Shown here one piece after another: positions 29,440 to 38,887 of a DNA stretch of 64,000 nucleotides (the first letter of the stretch is position 1; each line of letters begins with the position of its first letter). The stretch covers positions 1 through 64,000 of the forward strand of contig CBDAQI010000001.1 in assembly GCA_965198945.1 (NCBI GenBank), written 5' to 3'. Origin of the DNA: Thermodesulfobacteriota bacterium. GTDB lineage: Bacteria > Desulfobacterota_D > UBA1144 > Nemesobacterales > Mycalebacteriaceae. The notes under the pieces were generated by a model. It saw only the letters and a program-made list of their open reading frames with translations. It searched no databases and had not been told where the DNA came from. The position numbers and the translations under genes are program-made.

Positions 29440-31008
29440 TTAAAGAGGAATGTTTCCATGCTTTCTCGGCGGGTTTGATTTCCTCTTCCCCTCAAGCACT
29501 TTGAAAGCAGAAACAACGCTTTTCCTCGTATCTTCGGGCATTATTATACGGTCAATAAACCCCAGCTCCGCCGCACGGTAGGGGTTGGCGAAGTTCTGTT
29601 TGTATTCTTCAGTCAGTTTCGCCCTTTCAGCATCAGGGTCTTTTGCTTCGGCAATCTGAGAGCGGGAAATTATGTTCACAGCTCCCTCCGAACCCATAAC
29701 GGCAATTTCCGCGCCGGGATATGAAAGGTTTATGTCTCCCCTGATGTGTTTGGAAGACATAACATCATATGCTCCGCCATATGCTTTTCTGGTTATAACC
29801 GTTACTCTCGGCACCGTTGCCTCGCAGTAGGCATAAAGAAGTTTGGCGCCGTGCCTTATGATTCCGCCCCACTCCTGATTTGTTCCGGGAAGAAAACCGG
29901 GAACATCAACAAGCGTGAGAAGCGGTATGTTGAAGCAGTCGCAAAATCTCACAAATCTCGCCGCTTTCACAGACGCATCTATGTCAAGACAGCCCGCGAG
30001 AACCATGGGCTGGTTGCCCACAACACCGACAACCTTGCCGTCCACCCGCGCAAAACCGACAACCATGTTTTTGCCGTAATGTTCATGGACTTCAAACAAG
30101 TATGAATCGTCAACAATCCTCTTTACCACTTCTTTCATGTCATATGGTTTGTTCGGATTTTCGGGAATGATGTCCGCAATTTCCCCGGTCGGGCGGTCTG
30201 TGGGGTCATCGTTTTCAGCTTCGGGCGGATCATCCATATTGTTTGAAGGCAGAAATGAGAGGAGTTCCTTTATTATTTCAATTGAATCTTCATCATCTGC
30301 AGCGGCAAAGTGCGCGACTCCGCTCTGCGAATTGTGAACCATTGCGCCACCAAGGCCTTCGGAGCTGACTTCTTCGTGCGTTACGGCTTTTATGACATCC
30401 GGCCCCGTTATGAACATGTAGCTTGTGTCTTTTGACATGAGGATAAAGTCTGTCATCGCTGGTGAATAGACCGCCCCTCCGGCGCAGGGGCCCATAATGG
30501 CGGAGATTTGCGGAACAACGCCCGAGGCGAGCGCGTTCCTCTGGAAAATCTCCCCGTATCCCGCGAGAGACTCCACGCCCTCCTGTATTCTCGCTCCGCC
30601 CGAATCGTTAAGGCCTATTACCGGGGCTCCGGTTTCAACCGCCATATCCATAATTTTGCAGATCTTTCTGCCATGAACCATTCCGAGCGAGCCGCCGAAG
30701 ACGGTAAAATCCTGCGCGAAAACAAAAATCTTTCTTCCGTTCACGGTTCCGTATCCTGTAACCACTCCGTCTCCGAGAAATTTTTTGTCTTCCATTCCGA
30801 AGTCTTTGCATCTGTGGACTACAAACTTGTCCACTTCTTCAAAGCTCCCTTTGTCAAGAAGAAGGTCTATGCGTTCGCGGGCGGTCAGTTTTCCGTTTTC
30901 ATGCTGCCGCTTGATTCGCGCCTTGCCGCCGCCAAGTTCGGCTTCGCTTTCTTTCTGCTGAAGTATTTTGACGGTTTCTTTGATATCTTTTGAGTCTTTT
31001 TCGCTCAT
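29440..31008 (-). CDS. pccB: Propionyl-/acyl-CoA carboxylase carboxyltransferase (beta) subunit
   Basis: [46 protein letters not shown]. Confidence 0.92.
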   Translation of the reverse strand: MSEKDSKDIKETVKILQQKESEAELGGGKARIKRQHENGKLTARERIDLLLDKGSFEEVDKFVVHRCKDFGMEDKKFLGDGVVTGYGTVNGRKIFVFAQDFTVFGGSLGMVHGRKICKIMDMAVETGAPVIGLNDSGGARIQEGVESLAGYGEIFQRNALASGVVPQISAIMGPCAGGAVYSPAMTDFILMSKDTSYMFITGPDVIKAVTHEEVSSEGLGGAMVHNSQSGVAHFAAADDEDSIEIIKELLSFLPSNNMDDPPEAENDDPTDRPTGEIADIIPENPNKPYDMKEVVKRIVDDSYLFEVHEHYGKNMVVGFARVDGKVVGVVGNQPMVLAGCLDIDASVKAARFVRFCDCFNIPLLTLVDVPGFLPGTNQEWGGIIRHGAKLLYAYCEATVPRVTVITRKAYGGAYDVMSSKHIRGDINLSYPGAEIAVMGSEGAVNIISRSQIAEAKDPDAERAKLTEEYKQNFANPYRAAELGFIDRIIMPEDTRKSVVSAFKVLEGKRKSNPPRKHGNIPL

Positions 31009-31083
31009 TGATTCAATGTCCGATGGAGAAAATACGGAAATTGACTATACCAAAACCGGCGGGCGGGCGCAAGCCGGATGGGG

Positions 31084-31293
31084 TTATGACCAGACGAGCG
31101 AGAGGTCTCGTTGCGAAGACACGCAATCTTTCAGATACAGATTGATAAGACTTTGGTAGGGGATGCCCTTTTCTTCCGCAAGTTTCTTAAAATAGGCGAC
31201 TGTATCCTCATCCAGACGGATTGTAATTTGTTTCTTTAGCCGTTTGGCGTAATGGTTCTTTCTGGACTTTGAGAAATCGTAGTTTTTACGCAT
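31084..31293 (-). CDS. BrnA-type (CopG/RHH) antitoxin
   Basis: MRKNYDFSK...KKQITIRLD..TVAYFK..GIPYQSLINLYL; overlaps the toxin 3' end. Confidence 0.88.
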   Translation of the reverse strand: MRKNYDFSKSRKNHYAKRLKKQITIRLDEDTVAYFKKLAEEKGIPYQSLINLYLKDCVSSQRDLSLVWS

Positions 31294-31582
31294 TGATATA
31301 CTCCTCATACTGCTTTTTCTCCCGTGAGTTCGCCTTGCGGGCTGAAATAATGCGGATGGTGTTTCCGTTACTCTCGCAGTGACAAACCACGAGCAGACGC
31401 AATCTGTCACTCACTCCTATCATAACAAAACTCTCCTCTCCTTTTTCAGAGTGGTCGGGGTCTCTGATGATTCGCGCAAACTCGTCATTAAAAACCGAGC
31501 GGGTTTTTTCAAAAGAAACACGGTGTTTTTTCCTATTTGACACATTTTTCTTCGCATCCCACTCAAAGCTAATGCCTTGCAT
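31286..31582 (-). CDS. BrnT family ribonuclease toxin
   Basis: FEWDAKKNVSNRKKHRVSFE...DPDHS...LLVVCH...IRIISARKA. Confidence 0.9.
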   Translation of the reverse strand: MQGISFEWDAKKNVSNRKKHRVSFEKTRSVFNDEFARIIRDPDHSEKGEESFVMIGVSDRLRLLVVCHCESNGNTIRIISARKANSREKKQYEEYINA

Positions 31583-31588
31583 TGTTAT

Positions 31589-31617
31589 TTTGTAATTACA
31601 ATGTAAAGATTTGTCAA
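31589..31617 (-). promoter_or_regulatory. brnTA promoter with overlapping palindromic operator
   Basis: TTGACA-17 nt-TACAAA, 6 nt before the ATG; perfect palindrome TTGTAATTACAA at 31590-31601 over the -10. Confidence 0.7.
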
Positions 31618-31682
31618 GAGCAATGCAAAGGCTTTATGAACGGAAGGTTTAAGCGGAGAGACGAGTTGACCGGCGCAAGCGG

Positions 31683-32411
31683 TCAGGGATTATTGGTTTG
31701 CATCAGTCGGGGCTTTTGCTCCCGAAACCAGTTGTAAAAGCGTTCCGCATCCGAAAACAGCGGCGGATTTGCGCTCCGTTGAAGATAACCATTTTTGACA
31801 CGAAGTCCGCCCCATTTCTCCAAAAGCGGTTTTGTGACGCGGTAGGAGTGTTTTCTGAATTCGCCGATTGGTATGTATTTGGCGAGGCGGCCGGACTTTT
31901 CCCGCTTACCCCTTACAACAATGTCTGTCGGCTCCGGCGGAGAGTTGCGTGTGTGGGCGTTTTCATCCCATCTTGACTGCGGAATATTATCCGCACGAAC
32001 AATTTCTTTCACAGTCAGCAAACCGATGAGTGCGTAGACGAGTTTGTCGTCCGTTACGGATTTAAGTCCCGCAAAGAAAACTACCATATCGTTTTCTTCA
32101 AAAGTCTGAAGATATTTGCCTCTTTTTTCCGTGTCGCCGTAGGTAAGGTTTTCAAAATCGGGATCAAGGTGCATACACTCGTCGGCCAGATTTCCGGGAA
32201 GGAAAACTTCGCAACCGTTGCGCTCTGAAAAACCCGCGAGCGCGGGAACTATCGTATCAGCGTAGCATTTTTCCATTCCGGCAACATTGGCGACCTTTGT
32301 CTGCTTTATAGGCACATAGACGAAGTCGCCCGTCTCAGGATTGCACGGAGCGTTCCAGTTGCCCGAACTTGCGGTTTGGTCAATTCCGACACGGATCAGT
32401 ATTGCTTTCAT
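31683..32411 (-). CDS. Nucleotide modification-associated domain 3 (Nmad3)-like protein
   Basis: ILIRVGID...G...AP...GDFVYVPI...HLDPDFENLTYGD...VVFFAGL...ENAH, recognised from memory of the Nmad3 family. Confidence 0.7.
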   Translation of the reverse strand: MKAILIRVGIDQTASSGNWNAPCNPETGDFVYVPIKQTKVANVAGMEKCYADTIVPALAGFSERNGCEVFLPGNLADECMHLDPDFENLTYGDTEKRGKYLQTFEENDMVVFFAGLKSVTDDKLVYALIGLLTVKEIVRADNIPQSRWDENAHTRNSPPEPTDIVVRGKREKSGRLAKYIPIGEFRKHSYRVTKPLLEKWGGLRVKNGYLQRSANPPLFSDAERFYNWFREQKPRLMQTNNP

Positions 32412-33046
32412 TCCGGCTGACACTGCATTACGGCATTGTCTTCCGCTTCGTTACACTTTTTGCTCTTTTCCAAATGAATTGGGTTGCCGTGCCTGCCGCA
32501 GCCGTATTCTTTCAATATGCACTCTATGTATTTTTTCAGTTTTTGATAATTCTCCGCCTTATTCTGATGTGAGCGTGTCAATTTTTCGTAAATATCCCCT
32601 ATTTTCTCTATTTGAGTTTTTTTATTGCTATCGCCAAAATACGCGAAGCAATTACTGACAAGACAAAATGCCCTGTTGTATTCTTCTGGTTCACCCAGAT
32701 CGGTTTCAAGTTTTTCTGCGGAATGATACTGAGCGTTATTTCTGAATTTATATTTTTTACCTGTCCATTCATAAATACAGTCAGGGCGATTCCAATACTC
32801 GCTTCCCGATGAATAGTAATCCTTTCCACTAATAACTTTCTCAACCCGCATAACATAAATCAAGCGGTCTTTTAATTCTGCTACGGACTTGCCGCCCACT
32901 CCAATAATCCAATTACCCTTTTCTGCTGTTGTGCGTATTTTGGGTTTGCAAATGCACAGCGAAATCAACCCATCTTCAACACAAGGCGCACCGCCGTTAT
33001 CGCAAGTCAATTTATAAATAAAAATTTTCGATTCTATCGTGTCCAT
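32408..33046 (-). CDS. Nucleotide modification-associated domain 2 (Nmad2)-like protein
   Basis: YKLTCDNGGAPC...SLCICKPKIR..AEKGNWIIG...LIYVMRV...RPDCIY...FAYFG, matching the Nmad2 pattern DxGxAP...LxxCKPxIR...GDW. Confidence 0.75.
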   Translation of the reverse strand: MDTIESKIFIYKLTCDNGGAPCVEDGLISLCICKPKIRTTAEKGNWIIGVGGKSVAELKDRLIYVMRVEKVISGKDYYSSGSEYWNRPDCIYEWTGKKYKFRNNAQYHSAEKLETDLGEPEEYNRAFCLVSNCFAYFGDSNKKTQIEKIGDIYEKLTRSHQNKAENYQKLKKYIECILKEYGCGRHGNPIHLEKSKKCNEAEDNAVMQCQPE

Positions 33047-33639
33047 TGTTCCCACAACTCCTCAACATTCTCTCTCAATTCTTCCAAGCCGCCCGAATTA
33101 TCAATCACAAAATCATAGTCAGGATTGCGTCCTTCCTGCGCTTTGAGACGTCTTTTCGCTTCCGCTCTGTCAAAATCGTCCCGCTTTGTCATTCTTTCAA
33201 TCTTTTTTTCATCACTTGCATCCACAAGAACAAGGTGGTCTATTACCTCGCCCAGCGCGCCTCCGCGAGAAAGAAGCGCAGCCTCTATCACAACCGCTTT
33301 CGCACCCTCCACAGAAGCCTTTTCCGCACGGGCGATTATCTCATCCCTTATTTCCGAGTGCGTTATGGCTTCAAGCGCCTTTCTTTTTTTCGCGTCCGAA
33401 AAAACCTCCACGCCCAGTTTTTCCCTGTCTATTTTCCCGTCCGCGCCAATAACTCCGGAGCCGAACTCCCGCAATATTCTTTCAAACGCGGGCTTTCCCG
33501 GTTTTGTAATAAAACGCGAAACCTCATCGGCGTCTATAACCTCGGCGCCAAGTTCTGAAAACATCCCCGCAACAGTGGATTTGCCTGAACACACATTTCC
33601 GCAGAGCCCCAAAATCACAGTCCGACCACCCGCACTCAC
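33034..33639 (-). CDS. coaE: Dephospho-CoA kinase
   Basis: GLCGNVCSGKSTV, IDAD, IDREKLG..VF, LEAITH, IDNSG. Confidence 0.93.
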   Translation of the reverse strand: MSAGGRTVILGLCGNVCSGKSTVAGMFSELGAEVIDADEVSRFITKPGKPAFERILREFGSGVIGADGKIDREKLGVEVFSDAKKRKALEAITHSEIRDEIIARAEKASVEGAKAVVIEAALLSRGGALGEVIDHLVLVDASDEKKIERMTKRDDFDRAEAKRRLKAQEGRNPDYDFVIDNSGGLEELRENVEELWEQWTR

Positions 33640-33642
33640 AGT

Positions 33643-35073
33643 TCAGTCTCCCGACTTTATAATGCGCACCGCGTTTTCAATACGGCAAACCGTCTTCTCC
33701 CTTCCGAGAGCGGCTATAACCTCATAAATACCAGGGCTTTCGGTCTTTCCCGTAAGCGCGACGCGCAGCGGCTGCGCCATCTGCTTCATTTTCAATCCGG
33801 TTTCTTCGGTAATAGCCGAAAAAGCGGGCTTGAGTCCCTCAGGGTCAAACCGGGTATCTTCGGCGGAAAGAGCGGGCAAAACCACCTCAAGAGCAGAAAG
33901 CGTCTCGCCGTTGATGAACTTTTCTTTCGCCTCTTTGTCAAATGCCACAACTTCACGGAACAAAAAAGCGCTTTTTTCCGCCATTTCAACAATCGTCTCA
34001 GCCCTTTGCCTGAGAAGTTCAAACGCTTTTTCCGCATCCCGCCCGGAAACATCAAATCCCATTTCGGAAAGAGCTTCCCGAAGCGGCGTAACCACTTCAC
34101 TTTTACACTCACGAATATGAATACCGCTTACCCAGCGCATCTTTTTCTCGTCAAAATTTGACGGCGAAATTCCGAGCCCCTTTGTGTCAAATTTTTCAAT
34201 CAGCTCTTCCATGGTGAAAATTTCCTCATCACCGTGCGACCACCCAAGCCGCGCAATATAATTTGCAAGAGCGGAAGGAAGAATCCCTTTCTTGCGGAAC
34301 GCCTCAACCGAAACCGCCCCGTGCCTTTTGCTGAGCTTTGAGCCGTCCGGAGCGAGAATTACCGGAAGGTGAACGAAAGAGGGAATGGAAAATCCGAGCG
34401 CTTTGAGGAGCAATATCTGCTTCGGTGTGTTCACGAGATGCTCATCTCCTCTTATTACATGGGTTATGCCCGAAAGCGCGTCATCTATGGCGGAGGCAAA
34501 ATTGTAAGTCGGCATACCGTCTGAGCGGAGAATGACAAAATCTTCTATGTCCTCCTCTGAAAACACCATTTCGCCGCGAAGCAGGTCGTTAAAAACAATC
34601 CCGTTTGAGAAATCCCCGGACTGGCCGCCGAAACCGTGAGGCACTGCAAATCTCACCGCAAAAGGGGCGCCGTCTCTTTTCCCGCGCTCTGCCCATTCTC
34701 TTCTGTAGCGGAAGCGGAAGTGGCCGCCGCCGTCTCGCACGGCTTCTCTCTCGCGCTCAATGTCTTCGGGAGTCATATAACACCTGAACGCTTTGCCGGA
34801 CGAAAGAAGTTTCTCCACATACTCTGAGTAAAGACCAAGGCGGGCGGATTGGCGAATGGGCTCTGCGTCCCAGTCAATCCCAAGCCATTTCAGGGAGTTT
34901 TTTATCTCTGAAAGAGACTCGTCGGTTGACCGCTCCGTGTCGGTGTCTTCTATGCGCAGAACAAATTCGCCTTTGTTGTGACGGGCGAAAAGCCAGTTAA
35001 AAAGGGCGGTTCTGGCTCCACCTATGTGCAGAGAGCCGGTCGGACTGGGGGCAAATCTGGTTTTTACGCTCAT
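33643..35073 (-). CDS. gltX: Glutamate--tRNA ligase
   Basis: RFAPSPTG.LHIGG, RIEDTD, KLSKR. Confidence 0.96.
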   Translation of the reverse strand: MSVKTRFAPSPTGSLHIGGARTALFNWLFARHNKGEFVLRIEDTDTERSTDESLSEIKNSLKWLGIDWDAEPIRQSARLGLYSEYVEKLLSSGKAFRCYMTPEDIEREREAVRDGGGHFRFRYRREWAERGKRDGAPFAVRFAVPHGFGGQSGDFSNGIVFNDLLRGEMVFSEEDIEDFVILRSDGMPTYNFASAIDDALSGITHVIRGDEHLVNTPKQILLLKALGFSIPSFVHLPVILAPDGSKLSKRHGAVSVEAFRKKGILPSALANYIARLGWSHGDEEIFTMEELIEKFDTKGLGISPSNFDEKKMRWVSGIHIRECKSEVVTPLREALSEMGFDVSGRDAEKAFELLRQRAETIVEMAEKSAFLFREVVAFDKEAKEKFINGETLSALEVVLPALSAEDTRFDPEGLKPAFSAITEETGLKMKQMAQPLRVALTGKTESPGIYEVIAALGREKTVCRIENAVRIIKSGD

Positions 35074-35312
35074 CAGGAACCATCAAGACCGCCTTGCCGG
35101 GCAAGTTCTTCCAATTCATTAAAACCGCCGATAAGTTCGCCGTCTTTGAGAATAATCGGAACGGTTCTCCATTTGTATTGTTCAGAGACTCTGATCCTCT
35201 CCTCGGGGCTTTGTGTAAGATCTATCTCCTCGTATTTGAGACCTTTGGAATTAAACAATTTTTTTGATGCGATGCAGTAGGGACATGTTCCGGTTGTGTA
35301 GATTGTAAACAT
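35073..35312 (-). CDS. grxC: Glutaredoxin
   Basis: CPYC, TVP, IGG. Confidence 0.88.
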   Translation of the reverse strand: MFTIYTTGTCPYCIASKKLFNSKGLKYEEIDLTQSPEERIRVSEQYKWRTVPIILKDGELIGGFNELEELARQGGLDGS

Positions 35313-35441
35313 TTTCGGTATTTCACCTCCGGGAAAGTATGAGAGAAAATATACTTGGCTTTCCGCAAGCGTGAAAGTATGTTGTTATCCGCCGCATCAG
35401 AATAAGAGAAAGCAAAACTCCGGCAAAATAAGGAATACAAA

Positions 35442-36566
35442 TTGACCCAGAAAAAGCTTACAAAACTTTCGCCGCCCGAGCGGATTCTGATGGGACCCGG
35501 TCCCAGCAATGTCAGCGGGGCTGTCTATGAAGCTCTTTCAACGCCGATTATCGGTCATCTTGACCCGGACTTTCTCGCCATGATGGATGAAACGGGAGAA
35601 ATGCTGCGAGCGGTTTTCCAAACCCGCAACCGGCTCACAATCCCGATGTCCGGCACGGGAAGTTCGGGAATGGAAACGGCTTTTGTCAACACTATTGACC
35701 CCGGAGACACCGTTTTAATAGGTGTGAACGGGGTTTTCGGGGAAAGAATGTGCGATGTCGCATCCCGCTGCGGAGCCAGAACCGTCCGAGTGGAGGCGGG
35801 GTGGGGAGACATCATAGAACCGGACGCCTTTATATCGGCGCTCAAACAAAACCCCGAAGCAAAGGTCGCCGCAATCGTTCACGCAGAAACCTCAACCGGC
35901 GTGCGCCAACCCCTTGAGGAGATTGGGAAATACACGGAACGGACAGACACGATTTTCCTTGTGGACGCGGTAACATCACTTGCCGGATGCGAGTTGAGGG
36001 TTGATGACTGGGGGGTGGACATCTGCTACAGCGGAACACAGAAGTGCCTGAGTGTTCCACCGGGAATATCGCCCTTAACCTTCAGCAAAAAAGCCGAAAG
36101 AGCTCTTTTCTCAAAGAAAGACAAGGTTCAGAGCTGGTATCTGGATCTCTCAATGATATGCAAATACTGGGGAGACGAAAGGGTTTATCACCACACCGCT
36201 CCGGTTTCAATGCTTTTCGCTTTAAGGGAAGGGCTCCGGATTGTCCTTGAGGAAGGACTGAAAGAACGTTTTGAAAGACACGAAAAATTCGGAAAACTGC
36301 TCTCCGGCAAACTCACGGAACTTGGATTCAAACCCTTCGCACGTGAGGGATACAGACTTCCGATGCTGGCCTCCGTTTTTCTGCCGAAAGGAATGCCGGA
36401 TGCGGAAACAAGGAAGACTCTGCTGAACAAACACAAAATGGAAGTGGGACCGGGGCTCGGGGAAACAAAAGGGAAAATCTGGAGAATAGGCCTCATGGGA
36501 GAGAGTTGCTCACTTGAAAATATTGACAGGCTTGCGGACGCTCTGATGGATGTGAAAAGAGTTTGA
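35442..36566 (+). CDS. Alanine--glyoxylate / serine--pyruvate aminotransferase (class V)
   Basis: LMGPGPS, HAETSTG, VDAVTS, SGTQKCL, YHHTAP, WRIGLMG. Confidence 0.92.
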   Translation: MTQKKLTKLSPPERILMGPGPSNVSGAVYEALSTPIIGHLDPDFLAMMDETGEMLRAVFQTRNRLTIPMSGTGSSGMETAFVNTIDPGDTVLIGVNGVFGERMCDVASRCGARTVRVEAGWGDIIEPDAFISALKQNPEAKVAAIVHAETSTGVRQPLEEIGKYTERTDTIFLVDAVTSLAGCELRVDDWGVDICYSGTQKCLSVPPGISPLTFSKKAERALFSKKDKVQSWYLDLSMICKYWGDERVYHHTAPVSMLFALREGLRIVLEEGLKERFERHEKFGKLLSGKLTELGFKPFAREGYRLPMLASVFLPKGMPDAETRKTLLNKHKMEVGPGLGETKGKIWRIGLMGESCSLENIDRLADALMDVKRV

Positions 36567-36628
36567 ACACAAGGTTGTGGTTTGACTTGCACCGGTGTTT
36601 CGTTATAATGGCAGGCCTGTGATTCGGC

Positions 36629-37057
36629 ATGAAAACCTACGTTGAAAAGGCGAATAAAAAAGACAGAGAGTGGCAAGTAGTTGACGCGCAAGGGAAAACG
36701 CTCGGGCGGCTTGCAACAAAACTCGCCACGATTCTGCGCGGCAAAAACAAACCCAACTTCACCCCCCATGCGGATACCGGGGACTTTATTGTCGTTGTCA
36801 ACGCCTCCAAAGTTCAAATGACCGGGAAAAAACTCACAGACAAAATGTATTACAGGCACAGTGGTTATCCGGGCGGGCTGAAATCCGTTTCGGCGCAGGA
36901 GTTGCAGTCCGGAAAACCGGAGGAAATACTGAGAAAAGCCGTGTGGGGAATGCTTCCGAAGAACAAATCACAGAATAAACTCATAAAAAGGCTTAAAGTT
37001 TACGCGGGAGAGTCTCACCCGCACTCCGCGCAAAACCCCAAACCTGCGGAATTCTAA
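36629..37057 (+). CDS. rplM: 50S ribosomal protein L13
   Basis: [30 protein letters not shown]. Confidence 0.98.
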   Translation: MKTYVEKANKKDREWQVVDAQGKTLGRLATKLATILRGKNKPNFTPHADTGDFIVVVNASKVQMTGKKLTDKMYYRHSGYPGGLKSVSAQELQSGKPEEILRKAVWGMLPKNKSQNKLIKRLKVYAGESHPHSAQNPKPAEF

Positions 37058-37077
37058 TCCCGCTGAGGAAAAAGAAA

Positions 37078-37479
37078 ATGGCTGTCAGCGAAACAAACAT
37101 ATCCAACGGAACGGGAAGAAGAAAAAATTCAGTGGCCTCCGTATGGGTAAAGCCCGGCACGGGTAAAATCACCGTTAACAAAAGGGAGATGAAAGAATAC
37201 TTTCCGCGCCGGACATGGCAGATAAAAATCAATGAGCCTCTTGAGGTAACAAAATCCGAAGGTCTGTTTGACATCTCGGTCAACGTCAGAGGAGGCGGTC
37301 TGACGGGTCAGGCGGGCTCCATCTGCCACGGTCTTGCCAGAGCGCTTTTGAAGCACGATGAGACCTTGAGAAAAAAACTGAAATCCGCCGGACTTTTAAG
37401 GCGGGACTCGCGCATGGTGGAAAGCAAAAAATACGGCAGGAAGAAAGCGCGCCGCGGACAGCAGTTCTCAAAGAGGTAA
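37078..37479 (+). CDS. rpsI: 30S ribosomal protein S9
   Basis: [29 protein letters not shown]. Confidence 0.98.
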   Translation: MAVSETNISNGTGRRKNSVASVWVKPGTGKITVNKREMKEYFPRRTWQIKINEPLEVTKSEGLFDISVNVRGGGLTGQAGSICHGLARALLKHDETLRKKLKSAGLLRRDSRMVESKKYGRKKARRGQQFSKR

Positions 37480-37484
37480 TCTAT

Positions 37485-38828
37485 TTGGCCTCAAAAAAGC
37501 CGGGCAAAGCCGAAAAAGCAAGACAAATCCCCCCTCCGGAAGGCAAACTGGGCGTTCTTCTTCCGGGCATCAGCGGTGCGGTAAGCACTACCTTCATAGT
37601 CGGCGTTGAGTCTTTCAAAAAAGGAGCCGGCGAGCCCATCGGGTCTCTTACACAGATGGGAACCATACGCCTCGGCAAAAGAACCGAGGGCAAAAGTCCC
37701 AAAATCAAAGATCTTTTTCCGCTAACCGATTTGGAAGATATGGTATTCGGCGGCTGGGATATTTCTCCGGAAACCTGCCACGAGGCCTCAATCCGGGCCG
37801 GTGTTCTGAATAAGGCGACACTTGATGAAGTAAAAGAGGAAACAAACTCCATCAAACCGATGAAAGCGGTTTTCAACAAAAAATATGTGAAAAATCTTTC
37901 CGGCACAAACGTAAAAAAAGGCAAAACAAAAATGGATCTTGCCGAGCAGCTGATTGACGACATTGCGGAATTCAAAAAGACAAACAACCTCAAACGGGCC
38001 GTGATGGTCTGGTGCGGAAGCACCGAAACCTACATAAAAGAATCAGAGGTTCACGGCTCCGTCGCAAACTTTGAGCGGGGGCTCAAAGAAAATCACCCTG
38101 GTATAGCACCGAGTATGATATACGCATATGCGGCGATAAAATCCGGTGTCCCATATGCCAACGGCGCTCCGAACCTGTCGGCCGATATTCCGGCCCTCGT
38201 CTCGCTTGCAAAAAAACATAAAGTTCCAATTTGCGGAAAAGATTTCAAAACGGGGCAGACACTGATGAAAACCATAATCGCTCCGGGCTTGAAAGCCAGA
38301 ATGCTGGGCCTTAACGGTTGGTTTTCAACCAACATACTCGGAAACAGAGACGGTGAGGTTCTTGATGACCCGGGCTCTTTCAAAACAAAGGAAGAAAGCA
38401 AACTGAGCGTGCTTGAATACATACTTCAGCCCCAACTGCATCCGGAACTCTACTCTGACTACTATCACAAGGTCAGAATAAACTATTATCCGCCGCGCGG
38501 AGATGAAAAAGAAGCATGGGACAACATAGACATATTCGGGTGGCTGGGCTACCCGATGCAGATAAAAATAAACTTCCTGTGCCGCGACAGTATACTCGCC
38601 GCTCCGGTTGTGCTTGATCTTGTCATTTTTCTTGACCTCGCACGGAGAGCCGGAATGAAAGGAATTCAGGAATGGCTTTCATTCTATTTCAAAAGCCCCA
38701 TGGTCGCCCCGGGGCTTTACCCCGAACACGATGTTTTCATACAGCTTACCAAACTGAAAAATACTCTCCGGCACATTGCCGGCGAAGAACAGATAACCCA
38801 TCTCGGACTTGAGTATTATGAGAAGTAA
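37485..38828 (+). CDS. ino1: Myo-inositol-1-phosphate synthase
   Basis: FGGWDI, GKDFKTGQT, NILGNRDG, CRDSILAAP, SFYFKSP. Confidence 0.93.
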   Translation: MASKKPGKAEKARQIPPPEGKLGVLLPGISGAVSTTFIVGVESFKKGAGEPIGSLTQMGTIRLGKRTEGKSPKIKDLFPLTDLEDMVFGGWDISPETCHEASIRAGVLNKATLDEVKEETNSIKPMKAVFNKKYVKNLSGTNVKKGKTKMDLAEQLIDDIAEFKKTNNLKRAVMVWCGSTETYIKESEVHGSVANFERGLKENHPGIAPSMIYAYAAIKSGVPYANGAPNLSADIPALVSLAKKHKVPICGKDFKTGQTLMKTIIAPGLKARMLGLNGWFSTNILGNRDGEVLDDPGSFKTKEESKLSVLEYILQPQLHPELYSDYYHKVRINYYPPRGDEKEAWDNIDIFGWLGYPMQIKINFLCRDSILAAPVVLDLVIFLDLARRAGMKGIQEWLSFYFKSPMVAPGLYPEHDVFIQLTKLKNTLRHIAGEEQITHLGLEYYEK

Positions 38829-38887
38829 GCTTGAAAGCCCGCGAAACTTCAGGAATCAGAAAACCGGATAAAGCTTCACGAACGGGG

